From positions 15,562 to 79,561 of the forward strand of contig CAWDOP010000007.1 in assembly GCA_963804005.1 (NCBI GenBank): a DNA stretch of 64,000 nucleotides, given 5' to 3'. This stretch comes from an uncultured Ignavibacteriaceae bacterium. Lineage in GTDB: Bacteria; Bacteroidota; Ignavibacteria; Ignavibacteriales; Ignavibacteriaceae. The notes beneath the pieces were generated by a model, which saw only the letters and a program-made list of their open reading frames with translations, did no database searches and was not told the origin of the DNA. Position 1 is the stretch's first letter, and each line of letters starts with the position of its first letter. The translations under genes and the position numbers were made by a program. Below, one piece after another: positions 51,927-60,183 of this stretch.

Positions 51927-51963
51927 AAAAATAAAAAAGCGTCATAACGAAAATATGACGCTT
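51927..51963 (-). terminator. Rho-independent terminator after the outer-membrane barrel gene
   Basis: On the minus strand, AAGCGTCATA/TATGACGCTT is followed by TTTTTTATTTTT. Confidence 0.65.
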
Positions 51964-51992
51964 TGATTGCTTAATCAAATTAAGTGAGATGA

Positions 51993-53411
51993 TTAAAATC
52001 GATACGTAGTAGTAAGCATAAAATTATTAACTTTTATATCCTGGGAAGTCCGAGATAAATTCGATCCGTAATTATCTCCAAAATCTTTCCACCAGCCATG
52101 AGCAAAGCCTAAATCAATACCAATAGTTCCGTCAATAATGTACCCAATACCGGCAGTGAGATATTTTCTATCGTAGTCTGAAGGATCGCCATCAAATGCA
52201 GATGGCTGAGTAAAATATCCGCCTCTTAAACGCAAACTTGTCCGTGGTACGTTGTATTCCAGACCTAAGTTATAATTGAATACTGTAGTAAGTAAATCTT
52301 TAATATCTTTATTCATATCCGAAATGTCCGCAGAAGAAATTCCTTCAGCATTATCAAATTCCATTTGAGAATAATCAATCATTGTTGCTTCTGCACTAAC
52401 AATTAAACCACGAAAGTTAAATGAAAATCCTGCACCAATTTCAAATGGAGTTATAATATCGTATTGAACTTTATCACTATAATCTTCTGAATTGAGATCG
52501 ACAATCCAATTTGCAAACTCGCTGCTTCCATTAACATTAAAATCTTCTTTTATTGTATAATATTTTGGAAATTGAATTGTTGCCCCAATGCGAGCAATAT
52601 TTTCTACCTGATACAAAAATCCAATTTTTGCATTCCAACCGGATAAATCCCAATCAATTAATTGATTCAAATAAAAAGTTCTGAAGTCGATAGTTCTTGA
52701 ATCTCCTGTTGCAGTTTCACCTTGATAAATATTTCTTGTATCATCTTCATAATAATCATAATCGGATTCGAATCCGCCGGAAATAATATTAAGGTTAGCT
52801 CCGACAAATAAATTTTTATGAACTTCAATTGCTCCTGAGAGAGTCCAGTTGTTGATTGAACCGCTGTTAAGAATGTTTCCACTTTGATTGAGCAAACCGT
52901 TTATTGGTGTGTTAAGTTCCTCATCAGTAAGGTAGAGATCATAAGGAATATATGTTCTATCATTTAGGAATTGAATTCTTGAATGATCCTCCGGATTGAA
53001 ACCGTCAAATTTTACAGTGCTATTAAAGTCTTTTGTTTTGTGATAAGATAATCCAAAGACTAAACTTCCTCTCATTGTTGGGAAAGGGAAGGCAAAACTT
53101 ATCCTGTCCAAATTTGTGCTGTTTGAATTATCATCAATAGTATTGTTAAATAAAGTAACATCATTATTGAATGATGAAAATCCAAGACCGCCGGAGAATT
53201 CCATTTTTTTCATCAAACCGAAGCCGGCAGGATTAAAAAAAGCCGCCGATGCATCATCGCTTATCGCAATAAAACTATTACCCATTCCTAAGGCACGTGC
53301 ATTTGAACCAAGGCCTGGAAAACCTAATCGTATTGCATCATTATAATTTTGAGCGAATGATGATGTAACAACCAATAAAGTAATTATTAAAGAAAATTTT
53401 ATAGTTTTCAT
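51993..53411 (-). CDS. Outer-membrane beta-barrel protein, FadL/TodX-like
   Basis: 472 aa with signal peptide ...SSFAQ, an N-terminal motif ARALGMGNSFIAISDDASAAFFNPAG and a C-terminus ending ...TTTYRF. Confidence 0.55.
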   Translation of the reverse strand: MKTIKFSLIITLLVVTSSFAQNYNDAIRLGFPGLGSNARALGMGNSFIAISDDASAAFFNPAGFGLMKKMEFSGGLGFSSFNNDVTLFNNTIDDNSNSTNLDRISFAFPFPTMRGSLVFGLSYHKTKDFNSTVKFDGFNPEDHSRIQFLNDRTYIPYDLYLTDEELNTPINGLLNQSGNILNSGSINNWTLSGAIEVHKNLFVGANLNIISGGFESDYDYYEDDTRNIYQGETATGDSRTIDFRTFYLNQLIDWDLSGWNAKIGFLYQVENIARIGATIQFPKYYTIKEDFNVNGSSEFANWIVDLNSEDYSDKVQYDIITPFEIGAGFSFNFRGLIVSAEATMIDYSQMEFDNAEGISSADISDMNKDIKDLLTTVFNYNLGLEYNVPRTSLRLRGGYFTQPSAFDGDPSDYDRKYLTAGIGYIIDGTIGIDLGFAHGWWKDFGDNYGSNLSRTSQDIKVNNFMLTTTYRF

Positions 53412-53926
53412 TATTTTCTCTCATTTCCTGAATTTCTACTTCCTGAATCGTTTCTAGTATCCGAGCTTCTGGTATTACTTGAACCAGATGAACTGCTGCT
53501 GGATGATTCCGTTCTGGAGACACTTCCGGAGTTTCCGGTATTACTGTTAGAACTTGTAGATGTATTATTAGAATCACCGGTACTTATTGTAGTCGGTGGT
53601 GTATTTAAGATTTCGGGGATTCTTCCGCCTGTATTTCTTCCACCGTCATTATTTCTAATCTCTTTTGTATCGCCGTCTCTTGAATCATCTCTATCCTTTG
53701 TTATTGAAACATTGCCTGAAGTTGGATTATATGGATAGTCAACAAATATTGGAATGCTAATCCACCAGGGGATATCATAAAAATCAGTGGCATAACCATA
53801 ATAACAAGATGATGAGTTGTAATCGTCAGTTATTTTTTTATCTGGTGTCCAGAGTATAGTATAACAACCTTCTAAACCGAAAAGAATAAAACTAATTACA
53901 AGTATTTTTAAAAATAATGTTTTCAT
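53411..53926 (-). CDS. Lipoprotein with an aromatic core and a Ser/Asn/Thr/Gly/Arg-rich low-complexity tail
   Basis: 171 aa with lipobox LEGC followed by YT. Its stop overlaps the start of the barrel gene (TAATG). Confidence 0.6.
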   Translation of the reverse strand: MKTLFLKILVISFILFGLEGCYTILWTPDKKITDDYNSSSCYYGYATDFYDIPWWISIPIFVDYPYNPTSGNVSITKDRDDSRDGDTKEIRNNDGGRNTGGRIPEILNTPPTTISTGDSNNTSTSSNSNTGNSGSVSRTESSSSSSSGSSNTRSSDTRNDSGSRNSGNERK

Positions 53927-53933
53927 TATTTAC

Positions 53934-55109
53934 CTACCTTGTCCTGGAGTCTCTGTCACGAGATCCACTGCTGCCACTTCCACCACTGTTTCTTGATGGC
54001 GGGGGAGAAGAGCGTGGCGGACTGCTTGGTCTATTGCTCCTTGGAGGGCTTACAGTTCTGTTAGGCTGATTATTTCCTCTTGGTTGAGTATTAACATTCG
54101 GTTTTCGATTAGAATCCGTATTTGGTCTTCTTTCAATTCTCGGCGGATTATTATTCTCTTTCCTTGTATTTACATCACTGTTTCTCTTAGTATTATCATT
54201 TCTTCTGATTACAGGATTCTTGTTCTCTTTGCTTTCTCTTCGTCCTTTAACATTTTCTTCACGCTGCTGATCTCTGGGATCTTTTCTAACTTTTCGATCT
54301 GTAGTAACTCTTCTTTGTTCGTTTCTATCAGTCTTAACATTTTTCCTTTCCTGATTTTTTCTGCTATCGAGAGTTTTGGTTCTTTCACCCGTTACTGTAT
54401 TTTTTCTGGTGTCAAGAATATTTCTATCTCGTAAAACATCTGTTCTTTTTTCGGTTACATTACGATCAATATTTGCTAAAGAAGTTCTTTCTCTTTGTTT
54501 AAGCTCACTGCGTAAAAGATCAGATTCAGAACGGTCTTTAGTAACCAGAAGATCTCTATCTCTAAGACTACTATTTCTTAAACCTGAACTATTTCTGACA
54601 GTGTAAATATCATCAGTTCTGTATTTATAGGTGGTATAATTCCAGGAACCATAGTACGGATAGTACCAACCGGAATAATACACCGGATAGTAATAAAAAG
54701 GGTAAAAAAGAATAGGTCTGTAATACCAGACAGGGTAGTAGCAGTAATAGTCCCAATAGAAAGGATCATAATAATACCAACTGTATCCGTAGTTCAATCC
54801 TATTGTAACAGAAGGATAATAGTTCCAGTAATATTTGCGGTACGTTGGATAATCGTAATTATAATTGTCACTATCATTATCATATTCATCATTGTCAGTG
54901 TACGATTCAGTATCTTCATAATCGTCGTAATACTCACTGCTTTCTTCGTAATATTCTGAAGTATCATTTTCTACATAATCTTCATAATATGGTTCATCGC
55001 TATAGCCGCTCCATTCATTAGTAACGACTTTTGTATAGCATCCTGTCAAAAGAAACAAAGCAGGAAAAATTATCATCGAGAGGGTTAATATTTTTTTCAT
55101 CTCATCCAT
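53934..55109 (-). CDS. Lipoprotein with tripartite extreme composition (acidic D/E/Y region, Tyr/Trp-rich core, long basic R/K/N/D/T/P tail)
   Basis: 391 aa with lipobox LTGC followed by YT. Residues 96-163 contain 27 Y, 5 W and 3 F out of 68 (my count). The tail ends ...PPRSNRPSSPPRSSPPPSRNSGGSGSSGSRDRDSRTR. Confidence 0.6.
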   Translation of the reverse strand: MDEMKKILTLSMIIFPALFLLTGCYTKVVTNEWSGYSDEPYYEDYVENDTSEYYEESSEYYDDYEDTESYTDNDEYDNDSDNYNYDYPTYRKYYWNYYPSVTIGLNYGYSWYYYDPFYWDYYCYYPVWYYRPILFYPFYYYPVYYSGWYYPYYGSWNYTTYKYRTDDIYTVRNSSGLRNSSLRDRDLLVTKDRSESDLLRSELKQRERTSLANIDRNVTEKRTDVLRDRNILDTRKNTVTGERTKTLDSRKNQERKNVKTDRNEQRRVTTDRKVRKDPRDQQREENVKGRRESKENKNPVIRRNDNTKRNSDVNTRKENNNPPRIERRPNTDSNRKPNVNTQPRGNNQPNRTVSPPRSNRPSSPPRSSPPPSRNSGGSGSSGSRDRDSRTR

Positions 55110-55257
55110 CCTTTTTTTAACTGCTTAAAAATGGTCAAAAATCAAGCCTAATTAAAGTCTGAAAAACATATCGGAAAGTGGAAGAATAGAGATAAAAACC
55201 CTTTTTTTTGTATAATAATTTAAACTTTAGTGTCCACTTAAATGCACAAAAGAAAAA

Positions 55258-56031
55258 TTAAAATATACTTTGAATGAACTCCATTGTTAATCCTCTATCA
55301 GCAGCAGATGGATTCCATTGTTTATTCGTTAAAATATCTCTTAATTCCAATCCAATGGTAAACCCATTTCCCACACCCCATTTTACAGCAACATTTAAAT
55401 AACCTGTTCCTTTACCAAAAAGATCGGATGAATTATCGTTAAACCCAAGGTCATATTCTCCAAGAACGGAAAAATTTGGACCTAATGTTTTTTCAACACC
55501 AACTATAAGATTTATAAAACCATCACCATCTTTGTTTTCAATAGAATAATTAATTACTCCATGAAAACTTAAGTAACCCAGCAACTCAAAATTCTTGCTT
55601 GATGCGGCAAAAAATCCGGGTGACTTAATCGCATATCTTCCAAACTCATCGAAGTATTCACCTTTACCTTGTGAATCAAATCCAAGAGCAATTGCAGGAA
55701 TTAAAGTTGTTTCATTAATTAACCTTACCCGAAAGTTGACACCTGGCCACTTATACCATTCAGGAGATCCAATTCCAATAATATTTGTTCCACCATAAGA
55801 AATTCCAAAACTTACATTATCGAACACGCCAACTTCTATTTTTGCCACTAATACTCCTAAAGGCAGAATATCTGTCGTTATACCTACATTTCCTTTGTCA
55901 AGAATTCCTGCAGTTGGCATATCAATTAAATATCTGTATTCATATTTTGCAGATGTACCAGCAGACCCTTGAGCAAAAATTGGGCTGACCTGTAATATGA
56001 AAGCTGCGGTAATTATTAATAAAGTTCGCAT
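55258..56031 (-). CDS. Small outer-membrane beta-barrel protein (hypothetical)
   Basis: 257 aa with signal peptide ...PIFAQG, alternating beta-strand pattern and a C-terminal ...FIQSIF. Confidence 0.5.
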   Translation of the reverse strand: MRTLLIITAAFILQVSPIFAQGSAGTSAKYEYRYLIDMPTAGILDKGNVGITTDILPLGVLVAKIEVGVFDNVSFGISYGGTNIIGIGSPEWYKWPGVNFRVRLINETTLIPAIALGFDSQGKGEYFDEFGRYAIKSPGFFAASSKNFELLGYLSFHGVINYSIENKDGDGFINLIVGVEKTLGPNFSVLGEYDLGFNDNSSDLFGKGTGYLNVAVKWGVGNGFTIGLELRDILTNKQWNPSAADRGLTMEFIQSIF

Positions 56032-56105
56032 AATTCCTCGGAGTTTTATTTTTTCGTATTCAAAATATAAAATATTTTAATTTATTCCACTATAATAATT
56101 TAGCC

Positions 56106-56492
56106 TTATCCAGTTAAAGTTAAGATTTCAAACCTTATCAGGTTAGGGAATAGTGAGAATTGAGATTTAATAGAAATTTCTACCTTGCCAGAAGTGCCTT
56201 TAGAACGAAGAATGATAAATCCACTTTTTTGATCCTGTTCAACTATTTCAATTAAACTTTCGCCTTCCAAAAAAATAAATTCTGCAGTTGAATATCTGAA
56301 AGGAATTTTCCATCCAAAAGCGTTAACCGGAATAACTTCAATTTTTATTTTTGAAGAGCGATCGGCAAATAAATTCTCAGGATGTTTTTTAATGACGTCT
56401 CCATAAACATTAAAAATGTACATCGAAAAGAAGATCAGAATAATTATTGAAACTGAAATCAGAATGATTAAAATATTTTTTCTCCTATTCAT
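56106..56492 (-). CDS. N-terminally membrane-anchored protein with one small beta-sandwich-like domain
   Basis: 128 aa with a single TM near the N-terminus followed by a beta-rich ~95-aa domain. Confidence 0.45.
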   Translation of the reverse strand: MNRRKNILIILISVSIIILIFFSMYIFNVYGDVIKKHPENLFADRSSKIKIEVIPVNAFGWKIPFRYSTAEFIFLEGESLIEIVEQDQKSGFIILRSKGTSGKVEISIKSQFSLFPNLIRFEILTLTG

Positions 56493-56504
56493 AAGATGAA
56501 TGAT

Positions 56505-57419
56505 TTATTTTCTGTTTTTTAAGTCTCTGAACATCAAGCTTAAAAGATGGATTATCTGATTAACAATTTGGTCAGGAACACCATCCTTATGAACAGATTT
56601 TAATCTCATATCGCATTGATCATTAACATAATCAATTACAACAAAATTTTTCTCCGGTGTTAAAACAATTTCGGTAGAAAAAAAATCTAAGTGAGTAAGT
56701 TGTACAATTGTTTTTGTAATTTGATTCAGTTTTCTTAATCCGAATTTTTTAATTTGTTCAGCGGTAAGAATTTCATAAATATGAGTTTGATCATTCCACC
56801 ACACACAAATTGGCTTGCCGAAAGCCCAAAAGCAACGAAACCAGGCACGTTTACCTTCAAGATCACCAGGAATTATTTTTTGTTGTATGAGATATTTATC
56901 CGATTTATTAGTTCGTCTTTCCAAAAGAACTTCTTTTAGTGTTTCAGCGCCGGTAACAACACCTATTCCGCCGCCCGTTGTGATGCATGGTTTAATAATA
57001 AATGGTCTTCCTAAAATTGCAAGATCATCAACAGATATGATTAATTCCTCCTTTTCTTTAAGTGGTGGAATTATTATTGAGTAAGGAACATTTATTCCTG
57101 CAGAAATGAATTCAAGATGCATTGTTGCTTTATCGATAGCGTGATCGACGTTTTTATAAGGATTAAATATTCTGCAATTTCTTTTAGTTAAAATTTTTGC
57201 AAGTTCGGTAAAAGCATCATCAACATCAGATGCTCTGTCAAGATAAGATCTGAACCAAAGTTTTTTATGTTTTACAAGCTCTGTTATTTCAAGAATATTA
57301 TTTTCAGTAATTACATACGTCGAAAGTCCGTTAGATTGAAGTGTTTTTTCAATAAGATCAACAAAATCTTTATCGAATTCCCAAACAAATGATATAGCTA
57401 AATCAAATGTGTTAATCAT
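56505..57419 (-). CDS. ATP-grasp domain protein (RimK-like fold)
   Basis: 304 aa with LGRPFIIKPCITTGGGIGVV, YLIQQKI and FFSTEIVL.....FVVIDYVNDQCDM, matching the ATP-grasp motif order. Confidence 0.55.
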   Translation of the reverse strand: MINTFDLAISFVWEFDKDFVDLIEKTLQSNGLSTYVITENNILEITELVKHKKLWFRSYLDRASDVDDAFTELAKILTKRNCRIFNPYKNVDHAIDKATMHLEFISAGINVPYSIIIPPLKEKEELIISVDDLAILGRPFIIKPCITTGGGIGVVTGAETLKEVLLERRTNKSDKYLIQQKIIPGDLEGKRAWFRCFWAFGKPICVWWNDQTHIYEILTAEQIKKFGLRKLNQITKTIVQLTHLDFFSTEIVLTPEKNFVVIDYVNDQCDMRLKSVHKDGVPDQIVNQIIHLLSLMFRDLKNRK

Positions 57420-57573
57420 GTAAAATTTTGACTTTTATTATAAAACTTTATAATTCCTTTATCTTTGTAAGTAAAGGCTGTTAATCAATACCGTAAATAT
57501 AAAGAAAGAAACCGGCTCCTATAATTTATAAAATACCTTGTTATTCCTCAGCGCTAATAATATATTTTCTTTA

Positions 57574-59398
57574 ATGAAAAGACTAATTATTACAAACCTG
57601 TTAATGGTATCTGTTCTGCTTCCAATAATTATAGGTTGCGGCGGAAGTGATACGGTTATCCAACCAAAAAATACATCTGTTGCTTTATCAATCTCTGAAA
57701 ATCAAAGAAAGAAAAAAGCTTTAGACCATTTTGTAAACGGAACAGTTTTCGAAGCTCAAAACAACTACAATGCTGCTGTAAGCGAATTTGAGAAAGCCTT
57801 GCAATATGATACGACTGCAGGAATTTACTATTCACTTTCAAAAAATTACTTCTTAACAAACAAACTTATTCAATCGCTGAATAGTATTAAGAAGGCAGTT
57901 GAACTTGATTCAACTAAAATTGAATATTATGATTTAATGGTTGATGTATATTCTGCTGCAAGGAATACAGACTCTGCTCTTACTGTACTTGAAAAAGCTA
58001 TGGTTCTTGAACCGAATAATGTAAACCTGTATTACAAACTTGCCAGATTGTATGAAATATCAAAACCATTGGAAGCAATTTCCGTTTATGAAAAATTAAT
58101 TAAGTTAGTTGGTCCTGATTGGAACTTGCTTGTTCGCATAGCTGAGTTATATGAAAAAACAGGAGATACAGATCTTGCCTTGGATGCAATAAAGCGTTTA
58201 CTTGAAATTGATCCTTCGAATAACCAAATAAAAATTTTGTTGATTGACTTAAATCAACGAGCCGGTAAATATGATGAAGCAATTAGAATTACTAATGATC
58301 TTCTGGAAATAACTCCTCAACGATATTTTAGTAAGAGAAAAAAAGGCTCTTGCTCTTATTGCAACAGAAGATTGGGAAGCAGCTTCAAAAGAATTTAACT
58401 TTATAATTGAAAATGATAGTGTTAATCTTGATGCCAAAATAAATATAGCGGCATCTTATTACGAGAAATCAATGTCCGATTCGTCACTTCTTCCAATAGC
58501 AAAAAATCTTTTTGAAAAAATTGATAAAGACACGCTTAACTGGCAGGCGAAAATGTATCTCGGTGCAATTGCATTTAGTGAAGGTAAGGATTCTTTAGCT
58601 ATAGAAAATTTTAAGTTCGTTACAGAAAATGCTAACTGGAATGTTCAAGCGTGGATAAGACTTGGCGGACTTTTATACGATAACAGGAAATATGATGAAG
58701 CATCAAAAATAATGTATGAAGCTGTGGAATCTTTTCCTCAGGATTTTGCAGTGAACTTTATACTTGGACTTTCTTTAACACAGCTAAATAGTCAGGAACA
58801 AGGAGAGGTTTATCTTAAAAAAGCAGTTGATCTTAATCCTTCTGATTTAAATGCACTATCTGCTTATAGTTATACACTCAGCCAGTTAAAGAAAAATGAA
58901 GAAGCAATTACTTATTTAAAACGAGCATTACAAATAGATCCAAATGATGTAAATCTTATCGGGACACTCGGACTTATTTATAATTCAATTCAAATGTATG
59001 CTGAGAGTGATAGTACATATGAAAGAGGATTGGAACTTGATCCACAGAATGCATTAATAAATAATAATTACTCTTATGCTCTTGCTGTAAGAGGTGAACA
59101 GCTTGAGCGGGCATTAGAGATGGTTAAGATTTCAATAGCTGCAGATTCATTAAATTCATCGTACCTCGATACTATCGGCTGGGTTTATTTTAAAATTGAA
59201 GAATACGGTCTTGCAAAAAAATATCTTGAAAAAGCAATTGAAGTCGGAGGTGAAAGTGTTGTTATGTTAGACCATCTTGGTGATATAGAGTTTAAATTAG
59301 GTAATATTGCACGGGCAAAAGAATTGTGGAAAAAAGCGGTTGAACTTGAGCCATCGAGAACAGAAATTCAGATAAAAATAGAAAAGGGAGAACTTTGA
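57574..59398 (+). pseudogene. TPR-repeat lipoprotein, one frameshift
   Basis: MKRLIITNLLMVSVLLPIIIGCGG lipoprotein signal followed by TPR repeats. The first ORF ends at ...LEITPQRYFSKRKK...*. The second frame reads DILVREKKALALIATEDWEAASKEF... and continues into ORF 58472-59398. The shift lies near 58318-58325. Length 1825 nt is 3n+1. Confidence 0.7.
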
Positions 59399-60183
59399 AA
59401 AAATATTTAGTCTATCTGGTGTTATCGGTAATAATTTTTTTAACTTCATTTTATGGATGCGTACCTTCACAGCCAACAGAAGATATTGAACTGCTTCCAT
59501 CTGAAAGATTGATAAACAGACTTGAAGTTAATCGAAGAAAAATAAAAAATATTGAAGGGATCGGAACTCTTTCAGTAAAAACTCCTCAGCTTGATAATAG
59601 TGCCACATTCAGAGTGATCTTACAAAAACCGGATTCATTACAGCTTACTGTTCTTGGTCCTTTTGGTATCGAATTGGCTGATGCTGTTGTTTCAAGTAAG
59701 GAATTTATTTTTTATGATGCTCTTCAGAATACGGCTTATACCGGTCAAACCGATAGTGAAGCACTTCAGAACATTTTCAGAATTGATTTAAACTTCAGCG
59801 ATATTATGGATGCATTTGTAGGCTCTGTTAATCTTACTGAAAACCTTTATAAGACGCCTGATGTTTATGAAGTTGAATATGATAAATATATTCTCACATA
59901 TTACGATTTGGACAGGCAAATAATAAAAAAATATAAGGTTGATGTTCGTCAGCTTGGAATTACGGATTTTGAATTATCCACATTAGACGGTGAAGTTATT
60001 ATAGAAGGAAAATATTCAAAATTTGAACTGATTGAGAATGTTGCCGTACCATTTCGTATAGAAGTTTCCAACAGGAAGCAAAACCAACAAATAAATATTG
60101 AGTATAAAAAAATTACAGCCAATAGAAACAGCATTAATATTGATTTTTCTTTACCTGAAGACGCAACTATAATTAAATGGTAA
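59395..60183 (+). CDS. LolB-like lipoprotein (DUF4292-like)
   Basis: 262 aa with lipobox FYGC and FRVILQKPDSLQLTVLGPFGIELADAVV, typical of the LolB/DUF4292 fold family. TTG start overlaps the upstream stop. Confidence 0.6.
   Translation: MKKYLVYLVLSVIIFLTSFYGCVPSQPTEDIELLPSERLINRLEVNRRKIKNIEGIGTLSVKTPQLDNSATFRVILQKPDSLQLTVLGPFGIELADAVVSSKEFIFYDALQNTAYTGQTDSEALQNIFRIDLNFSDIMDAFVGSVNLTENLYKTPDVYEVEYDKYILTYYDLDRQIIKKYKVDVRQLGITDFELSTLDGEVIIEGKYSKFELIENVAVPFRIEVSNRKQNQQINIEYKKITANRNSINIDFSLPEDATIIKW

Noticed and set aside
54084-54606. + strand ORFs antisense to the Tyr-rich lipoprotein gene
   Set aside because: They arise from low-complexity DNA that is open in several frames. The minus-strand frame is preferred because it has a signal peptide with a lipobox, tight spacing to neighbouring genes and a paralogue-like neighbour.
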